A DNA stretch of 64,000 nt from an uncultured virus (IMG/VR IMGVR_UViG_3300044701_001985). Taxonomy: Duplodnaviria > Heunggongvirae > Uroviricota > Caudoviricetes. The translations under genes were made by a program, and so were the position numbers. The stretch lies in IMG/VR virus record IMGVR_UViG_3300044701_001985; one strand, written 5' to 3'. The notes below the pieces were generated by a model. The model saw only the letters and a list, made by a program, of their open reading frames with translations, made no database searches and was not told where the DNA came from. This document shows, piece after piece, positions 9,021 to 18,648 of the stretch (position 1 is its first letter; each line of letters starts with the position of its first letter).

Positions 9021-10487
9021 ATGAAACTCAAACAACTGATGCTTGCACCTGTTGCTCTGGGAATGGTTGCTCCTGTTGCTGCGAATGCGGCAGATCTTAA
9101 TATGGCAGCAGTCAATCAATATTCCTCTGAGCAGGTTACCAGCGTCAATCAACTCTCTGATGTGCAGCCCACCGACTGGGCATATCAGGCACTGAGCAAC
9201 CTTGTAGAGCGTTATGGTTGCGTTGCTGGTTATGCAAACGGCACCTATGGTGGTGGTCGTGCAATGACCCGCTATGAGGCAGCAGCACTTCTCAATGCTT
9301 GCCTTGATCGTGTAACTGAAAACACTGATGAACTGAAGCGTCTTGCTGATGAGTTCCGTAATGAACTTACTACAATTCAAGGTCGTGTTAATTCTTTAGA
9401 ATCTTCTGTTAGCTCTCTTGGTGCATCTCAATTTTCCACTACTACTAAACTGCGTGGTGAAGCAAACTTTGTTCTTGGTGGTGTAGATGACTACCGAACC
9501 AAAGGTGGTGATGTAACTCGTACTGCATTCAATTATGATCTGCGCCTGAGTCTGGATACTTCATTTACTGGTTCTGACTTGCTACGTACTCGTCTGCGTT
9601 CTGCTAACTTTAGCAGTGATCCATTTGGTTCCAGTTCTTCTCTATTTAAACTGGATAAGGCGGACAATACCTCAAGTGAAGTTGGTAACAACGTAGTTAT
9701 CGACCGTCTATTTTATCAATTCCCTGCTTTCAACGACAAAGCAACTCTAACTGCTGGTGCTATTGTTCGTAATACAGAAATGTCTTGGGTTCCTTCTGCA
9801 TATAAGTCTGGTATTCTTGACTTCTTTGCTGTTGCTGGTACTCCTGGTGTTTATAACAAGGCAACTGGTGCTGGTTTTGGTGCTCAATATGACTTTAAAG
9901 GTATTGTAGCTGGTGTAAACTATGTTGCTCAAGCGGGTCAGGATAGCACTCGTGGTGAGTTTGATGAGTCTGGTGCTCTGAATACTCTCGCACAAATCGG
10001 TTATCGTGGTACTAACTGGGGTGCTGCATTTGGTTATCGTTATGGTACTGAAGGCACTCGTGTTCGTACCTACAACGGTCTTGATGGTTCTTCTGGTACT
10101 CTGGTTCCTGGACAAACTTCTAACGGTTATGCCCTGAACGCATACTGGCAACCCACCAAGTCTGGTATTGTTCCCTCTGTCTCTGCAGGTTATGGTTGGA
10201 ACACTGTAAGTGGTACTCCTAGTGCTGCTACCGATAGTCAGTCTTGGTTTGCTGGACTTCAGTGGGAAGATGTGTTTGTTGGTGGTAACTCTGCTGGTGT
10301 TGCTATCGGTCAAGCACCTACTGGTGAGGATCTTGAGAAGGCAACGATGCTTGAAGTTTTCTACAAGTATCAAGTGTCGGATAACATCAGCGTTACTCCT
10401 GCAATCTTCTATGCTAGCGATAACCAGCGTCTTGCTGATAACTCCTCTAACTGGGGTGGTGTAATTCAGACGACTTTTAGGTTCTGA
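9021..10487 (+). CDS. Cyanobacterial SLH-domain porin (Som/OprB-like, 'iron uptake porin' type)
   Basis: Signal peptide, SLH 'LSDVQPTDWAYQALSNLVERYGC', coiled coil, 'QFSTTTKL' barrel start and C-terminal 'TTFRF' beta signal. Confidence 0.93.
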   Translation: MKLKQLMLAPVALGMVAPVAANAADLNMAAVNQYSSEQVTSVNQLSDVQPTDWAYQALSNLVERYGCVAGYANGTYGGGRAMTRYEAAALLNACLDRVTENTDELKRLADEFRNELTTIQGRVNSLESSVSSLGASQFSTTTKLRGEANFVLGGVDDYRTKGGDVTRTAFNYDLRLSLDTSFTGSDLLRTRLRSANFSSDPFGSSSSLFKLDKADNTSSEVGNNVVIDRLFYQFPAFNDKATLTAGAIVRNTEMSWVPSAYKSGILDFFAVAGTPGVYNKATGAGFGAQYDFKGIVAGVNYVAQAGQDSTRGEFDESGALNTLAQIGYRGTNWGAAFGYRYGTEGTRVRTYNGLDGSSGTLVPGQTSNGYALNAYWQPTKSGIVPSVSAGYGWNTVSGTPSAATDSQSWFAGLQWEDVFVGGNSAGVAIGQAPTGEDLEKATMLEVFYKYQVSDNISVTPAIFYASDNQRLADNSSNWGGVIQTTFRF

Positions 10488-10624
10488 TGGAAGAGAAAAC
10501 TCGCATTTGTGCAAAGTGTGAACAAGAAAAACCACTCGATGTAAATCACTATCAAGTCGTTAAACATTTTAAGACTGGTTTTTCTTACTATTGTAACACT
10601 TGCGATAAACCTCCAAAAAAATAA
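10487..10624 (+). CDS. Small zinc-finger-like protein (45 aa; not in ORF track)
   Basis: MEEKTRICAKCEQ...YYCNTCDKPPKK with two CxxC pairs; TGATG-coupled to the porin stop. Confidence 0.6.
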   Translation: MEEKTRICAKCEQEKPLDVNHYQVVKHFKTGFSYYCNTCDKPPKK

Positions 10625-10629
10625 TATAC

Positions 10630-10665
10630 AAGGGGCTTGACGCCCCTTTCTTTTTCCTATATAAT
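10630..10665 (+). promoter_or_regulatory. Fused terminator hairpin and sigma70 promoter upstream of hli
   Basis: AAGGGGC-TTGAC-GCCCCTTT hairpin followed by a pyrimidine tract; TTGACG(10637)-N17-TATAAT(10660). Confidence 0.75.
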
Positions 10666-10689
10666 GTTGTAAATCTTTACAAAAGTAAC

Positions 10690-10893
10690 ATGACTGTAAC
10701 AACTAATGATCGTGGTCAACAAAACATGTGGGCAAAAGAACCCCAAATGGTTTACCAAGAGTATAACCGTAAAGGTCTTTTAACTCCTATGCAGACCACT
10801 GAAATGTATAATGGTCGTTGGGCAATGGTCGGCATTATTGCTGGTGCTATCTCATATGCTCTTACGGGCAAATTGTTTTTTGGTATTTTCTGA
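10690..10893 (+). CDS. hli: High-light-inducible protein
   Basis: EMYNGRWAMVG chlorophyll-binding motif; N-terminal 'QQNMWAKEP'. Confidence 0.88.
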   Translation: MTVTTNDRGQQNMWAKEPQMVYQEYNRKGLLTPMQTTEMYNGRWAMVGIIAGAISYALTGKLFFGIF

Positions 10894-10906
10894 CTTAGGA
10901 TTGACA

Positions 10907-10993
10907 ATGACTTCAATTTTATTTACAATAACTTCTGTTGCCTTCTTCGTTCTGTTGGCGGCATCTGTAGAAAAAATTTGCGAAACTTACTAA
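10907..10993 (+). CDS. Small membrane peptide (28 aa)
   Basis: [35 protein letters not shown]; stop coupled to the petF ATG. Confidence 0.5.
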   Translation: MTSILFTITSVAFFVLLAASVEKICETY

Positions 10994-11286
10994 TGACGGT
11001 TTTTAATGTTACTCTCCAGTCTCCAGACGGCACCGAAACTACCATCGAATGTGCTGATGATCAATATATTCTCGAAGCGGCAGAGGAAGCGGGCGTTGAT
11101 CTCCCTTCTTCGTGTAAAGCGGGTGCTTGTTCGGCTTGTGCAGGAAAACTCATCTCTGGTACAGTAGACAATGAAGAACAATCATTTCTTGATGATGATC
11201 AAGTAGAAGATGGTTGGATTTTAACTTGTACTGCATATCCAACTAGCGATTGTGTAATCCTTACAGAACAAGAAGAAAATCTATGA
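10993..11286 (+). CDS. petF: Plant-type [2Fe-2S] ferredoxin
   Basis: [24 protein letters not shown] and LTCTAYP. Confidence 0.95.
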   Translation: MTVFNVTLQSPDGTETTIECADDQYILEAAEEAGVDLPSSCKAGACSACAGKLISGTVDNEEQSFLDDDQVEDGWILTCTAYPTSDCVILTEQEENL

Positions 11287-11558
11287 CTGCTGGAATGCTT
11301 GGGCAATTTGCGATTGCCCTTGAACAACTTGGGTGGGATGCTAACGATGAACTATCAGTTGAAATCGGTGGTGTAGCAGTAACTGGAACTGCAACTCATC
11401 CAGATGCAAACCCAAAATGGGCAAAACCATTTGGAACTGTATCGTATCAAAATGATGCTTTCATTGTAATTAAAAATAAATCAAGGAACCCAGTAGTTCC
11501 TTCTCAACCAAACCTCGATCTAAAACAAAAACACATTTATCAAGGAGAAACAAAATGA
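11283..11558 (+). CDS. Hypothetical protein
   Basis: Translationally coupled ORF (ATGA overlaps at both ends). Confidence 0.65.
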   Translation: MTAGMLGQFAIALEQLGWDANDELSVEIGGVAVTGTATHPDANPKWAKPFGTVSYQNDAFIVIKNKSRNPVVPSQPNLDLKQKHIYQGETK

Positions 11559-11674
11559 AATTCGGATGGACCCCAGAAGCAGAAATTCTTAACTCACGTC
11601 TAGCTATGCTTGGATTTGTTATTGCTGTTGGTACATATGCTACCACTGGTCAAATTATTCCTGGAGTGTGGTGA
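11555..11674 (+). CDS. hli: High-light-inducible protein (39 aa; not in ORF track)
   Basis: [39 protein letters not shown]: ExxNxRLAM motif and TGQIIPG end; AGGAG RBS. Confidence 0.92.
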   Translation: MKFGWTPEAEILNSRLAMLGFVIAVGTYATTGQIIPGVW

Positions 11675-11675
11675 G

Positions 11676-11819
11676 ATGAAGTGTAAAGTGCAGTTATATG
11701 TTGCAGGAAAGGTCTTTCACGAAATCGTAGAGGCAAGAGATTATAAAGATGCAAGAGAAACTGCACTTGCACGAAATCCAAATGCTAAAGTTGTTGGAGT
11801 TACTGCTGTTTTTGAATAA
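11676..11819 (+). CDS. Small hypothetical cyanophage protein
   Basis: MKCKVQLYVAGKVF...ARNPNAKVV; fills the gap after hli. Confidence 0.65.
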   Translation: MKCKVQLYVAGKVFHEIVEARDYKDARETALARNPNAKVVGVTAVFE

Positions 11820-11846
11820 GATATTAATTACTATTAGGAAAATAAA

Positions 11847-12389
11847 ATGAGAAAAGAAGGAGATGTATTACCTACAGTTCAATTTGTTCTGAGAGAAAAT
11901 GGAGAGTTTGTAACAAGAAGGACAGAAGATATTTTTATTAATGAAAAGAAATATGTACTCTTCAGTCTTCCTGGCGCATTCACTCCAACTTGTACTTCCT
12001 ATCAATTGCCTGGATTCGAAGAATTATATGACGAATTCATTAAAGAAGGAATAGAGGATATTTATTGTGTGTCTGTTAATGATGCATTTGTAATGAATGC
12101 TTGGGCAAAAGAACTTGGAATTGAGAAAGTAAAAATGTTGGCCGACGGTAATGGGTACTTTACCCGAGCAATGGGACAACTAGTTCTAAAATCAAATCTT
12201 GGATTTGGTCAAAGGTCGTGGAGATATGCTTCTGTTGTTGATTCTCCTAACATTGTAAAAATGTTTGTTGAACCTGGATTTGCTGATAACGTGTCTGAAG
12301 ATCCTTATGAAGTTACCAATCCCGAGAACGTTCTAAATTATCTCAGAAGTGAAGAATACAAAATCTTTAAAGAAGATATTCATCATTGA
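11847..12389 (+). CDS. Peroxiredoxin (Prx5/type II)
   Basis: LPGAFTPTCT, CVSVNDAFVMNAW, LADGNG and RSWRY. Confidence 0.93.
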   Translation: MRKEGDVLPTVQFVLRENGEFVTRRTEDIFINEKKYVLFSLPGAFTPTCTSYQLPGFEELYDEFIKEGIEDIYCVSVNDAFVMNAWAKELGIEKVKMLADGNGYFTRAMGQLVLKSNLGFGQRSWRYASVVDSPNIVKMFVEPGFADNVSEDPYEVTNPENVLNYLRSEEYKIFKEDIHH

Positions 12390-12414
12390 TAATTGATACA
12401 TTTTGAGAGAATCC

Positions 12415-12439
12415 AAGCACCCGAAAGGGTGCTTTTTTT
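12415..12439 (+). terminator. Rho-independent terminator
   Basis: AAGCACCC-GAAA-GGGTGCTT followed by a T run. Confidence 0.85.
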
Positions 12440-12446
12440 ATAAATA
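12439..12446 (+). promoter_or_regulatory. T4-type late promoter for the lysis genes
   Basis: Exact TATAAATA 25 nt upstream of ATG 12471. Confidence 0.75.
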
Positions 12447-12470
12447 TCTTCGTGTTTATAGAGATAATCC

Positions 12471-13142
12471 ATGACCCTAGATCTTCATAACTTTTTTAAG
12501 TATTATGATGATAAGAACCAAAACCATATCGCGGCGGTTCAGTGGTTAGAGGACAACCTTCCAGCTCAGTTTCTTGACGATTCAGAAACAGATTGGATTG
12601 GTATTTACAGAACTAAGCCTCCAACTCCTGCAGTTTTGGATGTTCCATATTTTAATCAAGTAGACAACTATAGAGATGCACATAGAACTTGCAACTCTTC
12701 ATCGTGTGCTATGTGTCTCGCATTCCTCAAGCCAGGAAGTATTAAAGGTGATGATGAATACGTTAAAAAAGTATTCGCAATTGGTGATACAACTGACCAT
12801 GCCGTACAGACAAAAGTTCTGGCGGGTTATGGAGTTAAGTCACACTTTAGTTACAATCTTTCTTTTGCTGATATTGATAAAAGCCTTGATAGAGGCAAAC
12901 CTGTCGTTATTGGTATTTTGCACAGGGGTTCTCTATCTGCACCTACTGGTGGGCACATGTGTGTTGTAATTGGTAAGACTCCCGATGGAAAAGGATATTA
13001 TGTAAATGATCCTTATGGTTCACTTAACGATAACTATACTGGTCCTGTAACTAACGGCAAGAAAACAATCTATACCAAAGCAGTTCTTAAGCACCGTTGG
13101 TGTCCAGGAGGCAACGATGGCTGGGGAAGAATCTTCGATTAA
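12471..13142 (+). CDS. C39-like cysteine peptidase (putative endolysin) with N-terminal module shared with the lysozyme
   Basis: VPYFNQ..., CNSSSCAM, GGHMCVVIG and VNDPYG give the Cys/His/Asp triad pattern. Confidence 0.8.
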   Translation: MTLDLHNFFKYYDDKNQNHIAAVQWLEDNLPAQFLDDSETDWIGIYRTKPPTPAVLDVPYFNQVDNYRDAHRTCNSSSCAMCLAFLKPGSIKGDDEYVKKVFAIGDTTDHAVQTKVLAGYGVKSHFSYNLSFADIDKSLDRGKPVVIGILHRGSLSAPTGGHMCVVIGKTPDGKGYYVNDPYGSLNDNYTGPVTNGKKTIYTKAVLKHRWCPGGNDGWGRIFD

Positions 13143-13254
13143 TTTTAAGAGAAAGATGCTTAAGGTAATTAGAGACCTTACTAATAACGGCAGACATAAG
13201 GAAGCAAACGATCTTTATCAAAAGTATTTCGGAGGAACAAATGGCAAGAATTGA
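13117..13254 (+). CDS. Small hypothetical protein (45 aa; not in ORF track)
   Basis: AGGAGG RBS; MAGEESSINFKRKMLKVIRDL...; bridges the two lysin genes. Confidence 0.45.
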   Translation: MAGEESSINFKRKMLKVIRDLTNNGRHKEANDLYQKYFGGTNGKN

Positions 13255-13909
13255 TTTACACAACTTTTTCAAATTTTATGATGAAAAAAATCCTAACCAC
13301 GTTAAGGCAGTTCAGTGGTTAGAAGACAACCTACCAGTCAAATATCTAGAAGATAACATTGATTGGGCAGAAATTTATCGCGGAAAAAAGACTAGTGCTG
13401 CACCAGCCCCTGCCGCTGCTGCAGCTCCTGTAACAGGTGGCGATGATGTTCCACAAATGGGCATCAAATTGATCAAAGAGTTTGAAGGATGTCACTTAAA
13501 GGCATATCCCGACCCATTAACTGGAGGTTTACCAATTACTATTGGTTGGGGTTCTACCCGTAAGAAAGATGGTTCTCACTTTAAACTTGGTGATACACTC
13601 ACCCAACAGGAAGCAGATACACTTCTGATTGAACAATGTAAGAATGAGTTTCTTCCTGCACTCCGTAAAATCCCACACTGGAATGAAATGTCTGATGGAA
13701 AAAGAGGCGCTCTGCTCAGCTTTGCTTATAATCTTGGTGCCGGTTTTTACGGTGGCGATAACTTTAATACTATTACTAAACGCCTGAAGAATAAAGAGTG
13801 GGACTTAGTGCCCGATGCTCTCTATCTCTACAGAAATCCTGGATCTAATGTAGAAGCAGGACTTGCTCGTAGAAGAAAAGCAGAAGGGGAAGCTTGGAAA
13901 AAAGGATAA
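13241..13909 (+). CDS. Phage lysozyme (GH24) endolysin
   Basis: IKEFEG, AYPDP...TIGWGST, ALLSFAYNLG and GLARRRKAE. Confidence 0.9.
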   Translation: MARIDLHNFFKFYDEKNPNHVKAVQWLEDNLPVKYLEDNIDWAEIYRGKKTSAAPAPAAAAAPVTGGDDVPQMGIKLIKEFEGCHLKAYPDPLTGGLPITIGWGSTRKKDGSHFKLGDTLTQQEADTLLIEQCKNEFLPALRKIPHWNEMSDGKRGALLSFAYNLGAGFYGGDNFNTITKRLKNKEWDLVPDALYLYRNPGSNVEAGLARRRKAEGEAWKKG

Positions 13910-14051
13910 ATAGTTACAATCATAACTGATTCTTGATCTTAACTGGTCTGAATCTACATACTCCGAGTCCTCTGTGACTTGGTGAATACTTTACTTTTAA
14001 ACAACTTTAGTTTGTTTCGTTTAGTACACACTGAGCCATAGAGGACTTTTT

Positions 14052-16250
14052 ATGTCTTACGCTAAAAAGGCGCTTGCTGTAGCGTCTGCTCTTTTAATGG
14101 GAGCACCAACTGCATTTGCAGATACAATTTCTGGTACAGATTTTGAATCTGGAACTACTGCAGGATGGAATACTGGAACTCAAACAGGAACACTTGATTC
14201 TACAATTACAGGTAATGGATCGGGTGTTAGTGTTGTAGATAATCCAGTAATCTTTAATGCTGGTTCATTTCCAGCAGTAGGAAACCAAACTCTACAAGAT
14301 GGTTCTCCTAATCCATATTATGCTCCTGCAGTAGAACCAACAACTTGGGAATTCTCTCCATATGGAACTGCTGGTGCTGCATTGCAACCAAATGGGCAAC
14401 AAACATTTGACCAAGCAACACAAGCACTTGGATTAACCGCAGAGGAAAATCAGGCAATCAAAGACCTTCTCATTCAACAGCAACAGCAATCTGGTTTAGG
14501 AAATCCAACTCCTACTGATGCTTCTTGGATTACAAAGTCTGTTACACTTCAGACTGGAACTGTTTATACTATGTCTTGGAACTACATTGGAACTGACTAT
14601 GTTCCATTTAATGATGGTTCTATTACTTCACTTGTCTATCAGGGAACAGGTTCTTCTCCTTCCATCACTGTTAATAATCAACTTCAAAACTATGCACTTC
14701 TAGGATTTACTAATCCAGGAACTGGTGATTACTCAACAGGTTCTTTTGGTTCTACTGGATGGCAGTATTCGACATATCAGGTAGGTGCTGATGGTGATTA
14801 TCTCTTAGGTTTTGCAGTATTCAACCTCGGAGATACTGCACTTTCTCCTGTTCTTTTAGTTGATAGTCAGCCTGGAACTACAACTGCAAACGGAGAGACC
14901 TTTACTCCTGTTGCACCTAATAATCCTGATGCACCATCTGTTGATGAAGTAGCACCAACTCCAACTCCAGAACCAGAACCTACACCAGAACCTGAGCCAA
15001 CTCCAGAACCAACTCCAGAACCTGAGCCAACTCCAGAACCAACTCCAGAACCTGAGCCAACTCCTGAACCAGAACCTACACCAGAACCTGAGCCAACTCC
15101 TGAACCAGAACCTACACCAGAACCTGAGCCAACTCCAGAACCAACTCCAGAACCTGAGCCAACTCCAGAACCAGAACCTACACCAGAACCTGAACCAACT
15201 CCAGAACCAACTCCAGAACCTGAGCCAACTCCAGAACCAACATTAGTAAGTTCTGTTACCGTTCCTGCTCCAGGACTTCCTGTTGTATCTAAAACTAAAG
15301 TTACTCATAAAGTATCTGAGGGTGATGGAGTTCAAAAGATTAGAAGAAACTTTGAAACTACAACCGAAACTCCTCTATTAAAGCAAGATACTTATAGTGA
15401 TAATACCGTAGTTTATTCTTTACTTCTTTCTGTTGATACAAAGAATACTCAGGATGTTCTTTCTGGTCGTGTAGATCAGCACGAAGTTTTGGATAAGATT
15501 GGTGGTGGATTGCAAAACCTCTTTAATTATGAACCAACTGAGCCAACTACGGACAGAGTAAGAGTATTCAGCAACAACTATTATGCTTGGTCTTCTGGTG
15601 ATTATGGATACACTGGTAAATCTTTAATTATCGGTGGTGGATTAGAAATTGATATCAAACCAACCTGGACGATTGGTGGTCAGTATAATAATGTAAATGT
15701 TGATTTAGGTGGTGTTGATAGCACTTCTAAACTTCTTAAGAACCATTATGGTTTCTTTAATATGCTCCGTGGAAATACACTATCACTCTTAACAAATGCT
15801 GGATTTACTCAGAACAAATATAATGTAGTAAGAAATGTCCAGGGTATCTTTAACAATGAGAGTTCAACTCAAGGAAAAGAGTGGTGGGTAAATAATAGAT
15901 TGATATGGAATCTTCATAAGAATATAACACCATTTGTTGGATATACGATTGGTAATTATCAGAGAGATGGTTTTACTGAGAACGGTAATATCCAATCCAG
16001 AAGAACTGTTGATGCTATTAATGAAACTTCACATTCTGGTGAGGTTGGTCTAAATATTTCACATCGTTTTGGTGGTAAGAATAAGGACATATTCGGCGTA
16101 TCTGTCGGTGGTTCTTATGAAACCAGCGGAATGATTGAGGCGAATGCTTCTGTTGATTATAAGGAAATGATAATTATTGAGGGAATTCATCAAATCAATG
16201 ATGGAGTTTCTAATACAGCAGTATCTGCAAAACTTAAATTTAAGTTCTAA
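14052..16250 (+). CDS. Secreted/outer-membrane protein with PT/PE-repeat linker and autotransporter-like C-terminal beta-barrel
   Basis: Signal peptide, beta-rich N-domain, ~95-aa (PEPT)n linker, amphipathic strands ('GFTENG', 'GEVGLNI') and terminal 'LKFKF'. Confidence 0.7.
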   Translation: MSYAKKALAVASALLMGAPTAFADTISGTDFESGTTAGWNTGTQTGTLDSTITGNGSGVSVVDNPVIFNAGSFPAVGNQTLQDGSPNPYYAPAVEPTTWEFSPYGTAGAALQPNGQQTFDQATQALGLTAEENQAIKDLLIQQQQQSGLGNPTPTDASWITKSVTLQTGTVYTMSWNYIGTDYVPFNDGSITSLVYQGTGSSPSITVNNQLQNYALLGFTNPGTGDYSTGSFGSTGWQYSTYQVGADGDYLLGFAVFNLGDTALSPVLLVDSQPGTTTANGETFTPVAPNNPDAPSVDEVAPTPTPEPEPTPEPEPTPEPTPEPEPTPEPTPEPEPTPEPEPTPEPEPTPEPEPTPEPEPTPEPTPEPEPTPEPEPTPEPEPTPEPTPEPEPTPEPTLVSSVTVPAPGLPVVSKTKVTHKVSEGDGVQKIRRNFETTTETPLLKQDTYSDNTVVYSLLLSVDTKNTQDVLSGRVDQHEVLDKIGGGLQNLFNYEPTEPTTDRVRVFSNNYYAWSSGDYGYTGKSLIIGGGLEIDIKPTWTIGGQYNNVNVDLGGVDSTSKLLKNHYGFFNMLRGNTLSLLTNAGFTQNKYNVVRNVQGIFNNESSTQGKEWWVNNRLIWNLHKNITPFVGYTIGNYQRDGFTENGNIQSRRTVDAINETSHSGEVGLNISHRFGGKNKDIFGVSVGGSYETSGMIEANASVDYKEMIIIEGIHQINDGVSNTAVSAKLKFKF
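14955..15242 (+). repeat. Coding tandem repeat (Pro-Glu/Pro-Thr; 12- and 18-nt units such as CCAACTCCAGAA and CCTGAGCCAACTCCAGAA)
   Basis: Directly visible degenerate tandem array encoding PTPEPE. Confidence 0.95.
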
Positions 16251-16285
16251 AATCCTAAATATAAAAGACATCATCAAAAGGACTG

Positions 16286-16630
16286 ATGGATACACCAAAC
16301 AAAAGAGAAAAGTGTATGAGTACTGTTATTCGTATTGCGATTTTGGGTTGGTCTGCCGCTCTTCTTACTGCTAGTTATGCTGGGGCTCTATCTAAGATGG
16401 ACCCTACATTTATTGCTACTGTTTTCACCGCATCTGCTGCTACTTTCGGTATTAACACAATGAAGAAGGGTGGTGATGAAGATGAAAAGAAAGAAGAACC
16501 ACGTAGAGAAGTCATAGTAGAACCTACACCAGAACCACCAGCACCTGAAGTTGCTGCTTCAGAACCAACTCTTGAAGAGAGAGTTGAAGTTCTGGAGGGT
16601 CAAGTACAACCTCGCACAGGTGGAGCATAA
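16286..16630 (+). CDS. Hypothetical two-TM membrane protein
   Basis: Two hydrophobic segments and a charged C-terminal tail; TAAATA late-like element upstream. Confidence 0.7.
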   Translation: MDTPNKREKCMSTVIRIAILGWSAALLTASYAGALSKMDPTFIATVFTASAATFGINTMKKGGDEDEKKEEPRREVIVEPTPEPPAPEVAASEPTLEERVEVLEGQVQPRTGGA

Positions 16631-16752
16631 TGGCAAAGTCTGCAAATAAAGGTAAAAAGGGATCTGGTGGCGCTGGATCTTCTAATAATAAAAAACAAAA
16701 CTCTGGTAATGCTACTGCTAAAAAAGCAAAGAATGGTGGTAAGAAAAAATGA
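16630..16752 (+). CDS. Small Lys/Gly-rich basic peptide (40 aa; not in ORF track)
   Basis: MAKSANKGKKGSGGAGSSNNKKQNSGNATAKKAKNGGKKK; GGAG RBS; coupled at both ends. Confidence 0.6.
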   Translation: MAKSANKGKKGSGGAGSSNNKKQNSGNATAKKAKNGGKKK

Positions 16753-16928
16753 TTGAATTTGTGACTTTGACTATTGTGGGACATATGATAGTTGGACCTA
16801 ATTTATGTCAAATTGATTTTCTAGGTGATAATCAAATATACACATTTACATACCCATGCCAAGAGAATGGAACACTCCAAAAAGAGAGTGTTGGAATGCT
16901 CCCATACACCAAATACTCAAAGCTATAG
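16749..16928 (+). CDS. Hypothetical protein (59 aa)
   Basis: ATGA-coupled ORF MIEFVTLTIVGHMIVGPNLC... Confidence 0.45.
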   Translation: MIEFVTLTIVGHMIVGPNLCQIDFLGDNQIYTFTYPCQENGTLQKESVGMLPYTKYSKL

Positions 16929-17056
16929 ATAATCACACCCGCCTTCATATGGAGACGGGTGATTTTTGGCATGAAGAACAAGCCCAGATATTGAGAAAGT
17001 ATGTTAAAGATTTGAAAGTCTGGATTCATAAACAAGAAGGATGGTTGAATGAATGA
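16856..17056 (+). CDS. Hypothetical protein
   Basis: ORF coupled to the next gene; helical composition. Confidence 0.6.
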   Translation: MPREWNTPKRECWNAPIHQILKAIDNHTRLHMETGDFWHEEQAQILRKYVKDLKVWIHKQEGWLNE

Positions 17057-17799
17057 AAAAATTCCTTACAACAATCGGTTTATCTTTAACCTTAACTCTT
17101 CCAGCAATTGCTGCATCACTCGAACCAAAACAACCTACGGTTAGACCTTATAGTGCAGAGGCAATGGGTTGTATGATTCTCTTAGAATGTACTGAGGGTG
17201 TAGAAAAACTTTCAGTAGATTCTGAATTACTAAAAAATCCAGACTTCGATCCATTCAGAGATGAATTAAAAAGGATTATTATCGCTCTTGATAATTTAAA
17301 TGTTCCAGTTTATGTTGCACCAGAAAGGTATTTCACTCCAAGAACAGTGGGTTTATATAAACCAAACTACAATCGTTTCTTTGTTAATGAAACTCTCCTT
17401 AAAGATCCAAGAGAGTTTTTAGGAACAATGAGACACGAAGGATGGCATGTTGTTCAGGATTGTATGGGTGGTGGATTACAAACATCTTTTATGGCTCAAG
17501 TGCATCAGGATAGTGAAATTCCTGCTTGGATTATGAAAAATACTAGACTGACTTATGAATCTATGATGCAAAGTCGTGCAGTTCCTTGGGAAGCAGATGC
17601 TAACTGGGCGGAAGAGCAATTAAACCAAACCGCAAGGCATCTTGAAATGTGTGTTAATGGACCTCTTTGGGATCAAATTCGTCCAACACCAATGACTATG
17701 GATTGGTTAATTGGATGTGGATTTATGAAACCACAAGAAGGGAAGTATCCATATTATCCAAATAAAAGAGTAGAGTATTGTACGGAAGGTAAGTATTGA
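17053..17799 (+). CDS. Secreted putative zinc metallopeptidase
   Basis: Signal peptide; 'MRHEGWHVVQ' (HExxH) and downstream 'EADA'. Confidence 0.6.
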   Translation: MKKFLTTIGLSLTLTLPAIAASLEPKQPTVRPYSAEAMGCMILLECTEGVEKLSVDSELLKNPDFDPFRDELKRIIIALDNLNVPVYVAPERYFTPRTVGLYKPNYNRFFVNETLLKDPREFLGTMRHEGWHVVQDCMGGGLQTSFMAQVHQDSEIPAWIMKNTRLTYESMMQSRAVPWEADANWAEEQLNQTARHLEMCVNGPLWDQIRPTPMTMDWLIGCGFMKPQEGKYPYYPNKRVEYCTEGKY

Positions 17800-17906
17800 T
17801 GACTCATTTTGTTGCATTTGTGTTGAATAATCCTTTTACTTTAGGATTGATGTGTTATTGTTTAATTGTTGTTCCAGTTATAGGAATATGGTATGTACAT
17901 AAATGA
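17799..17906 (+). CDS. Small membrane peptide (35 aa)
   Basis: TGATG-coupled; single hydrophobic helix. Confidence 0.45.
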   Translation: MTHFVAFVLNNPFTLGLMCYCLIVVPVIGIWYVHK

Positions 17907-18051
17907 TTTTCCCTGGGGTGTTGTAATATTATTATCTTGCGGTCTTGCTTTCACTGCATACATCATTTACTACATATTAAAATTAGCGCATAAGGAGATG
18001 AAAGATGAAACATCTGAGTCTAATTCTATCAATCACAAGTCTGGGCATTAG
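17893..18051 (+). CDS. Small membrane protein (52 aa)
   Basis: MYINDFPWGVVILLSCGLAFTAYIIYYILKL...; single TM segment. Confidence 0.45.
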   Translation: MYINDFPWGVVILLSCGLAFTAYIIYYILKLAHKEMKDETSESNSINHKSGH

Positions 18052-18217
18052 TGCTGCTATTGGTGTGGGTGCTTATATTACCTACCAAAAAGCACAAAAG
18101 ATTCTAGACAATCCAGAAGAGTTTGTTGGTGCTGTTGTAGAGAAACAAGTCAACAAAGCATTTGAAAAACTACCTATTCCCAAACTAAATACTGAGAAGT
18201 TCAAATTACCATTCTAA
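18005..18217 (+). CDS. Hypothetical membrane-anchored protein
   Basis: N-terminal TM helix; AAGGAG RBS. Confidence 0.65.
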   Translation: MKHLSLILSITSLGISAAIGVGAYITYQKAQKILDNPEEFVGAVVEKQVNKAFEKLPIPKLNTEKFKLPF

Positions 18218-18648
18218 TGGATAAGGATCCTTATATCTACAGAATTAAACAAGTTCTAAAAGTTGTAGATGGTGATACAATAGATGCTGCTATTGATTTG
18301 GGTTTTGATATTTCTCTCACTAAGCGAATTCGCCTTGCTGGGGTTGATACTCCTGAGTCACGCACTACAGATAAGAATGAAAAGAAACTCGGACTTGAAG
18401 TTAAAGAATGGCTTAAAAAGAAACTAGAAGGTCAAACTGACGTTATTGTAAAAACAGAACTCCCAGATTCCACCGAAAAGTACGGTAGAATTCTGGGACA
18501 TCTTTTTATTGGTGATAAGGAAGTATCCGCAGTCAATAAGAAAAAGTCTGTTAATGAGCAAATGATTGATGAAGGATATGCTTGGGAATATGATGGTGGA
18601 ACCAAGAAGAAAGACTTTGCTTTATTGGAATCAAAAAGGCAGAAATGA
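18217..18648 (+). CDS. Thermonuclease (SNase-like) family protein
   Basis: KVVDGDTID, RIRLAGVDTPES, EKYGRILG and EGYAWEY. Confidence 0.9.
   Translation: MDKDPYIYRIKQVLKVVDGDTIDAAIDLGFDISLTKRIRLAGVDTPESRTTDKNEKKLGLEVKEWLKKKLEGQTDVIVKTELPDSTEKYGRILGHLFIGDKEVSAVNKKKSVNEQMIDEGYAWEYDGGTKKKDFALLESKRQK

Noticed and set aside
8895..10535. Long antisense ORFs opposite the porin (161 and 262 aa)
   Set aside because: Expected by-product of strong codon bias in the sense gene; no motifs or RBS.
14955..15242. Regular short repeats resembling a CRISPR array
   Set aside because: No unique spacers; the units are in-frame Pro-Glu/Pro-Thr codons inside a CDS.
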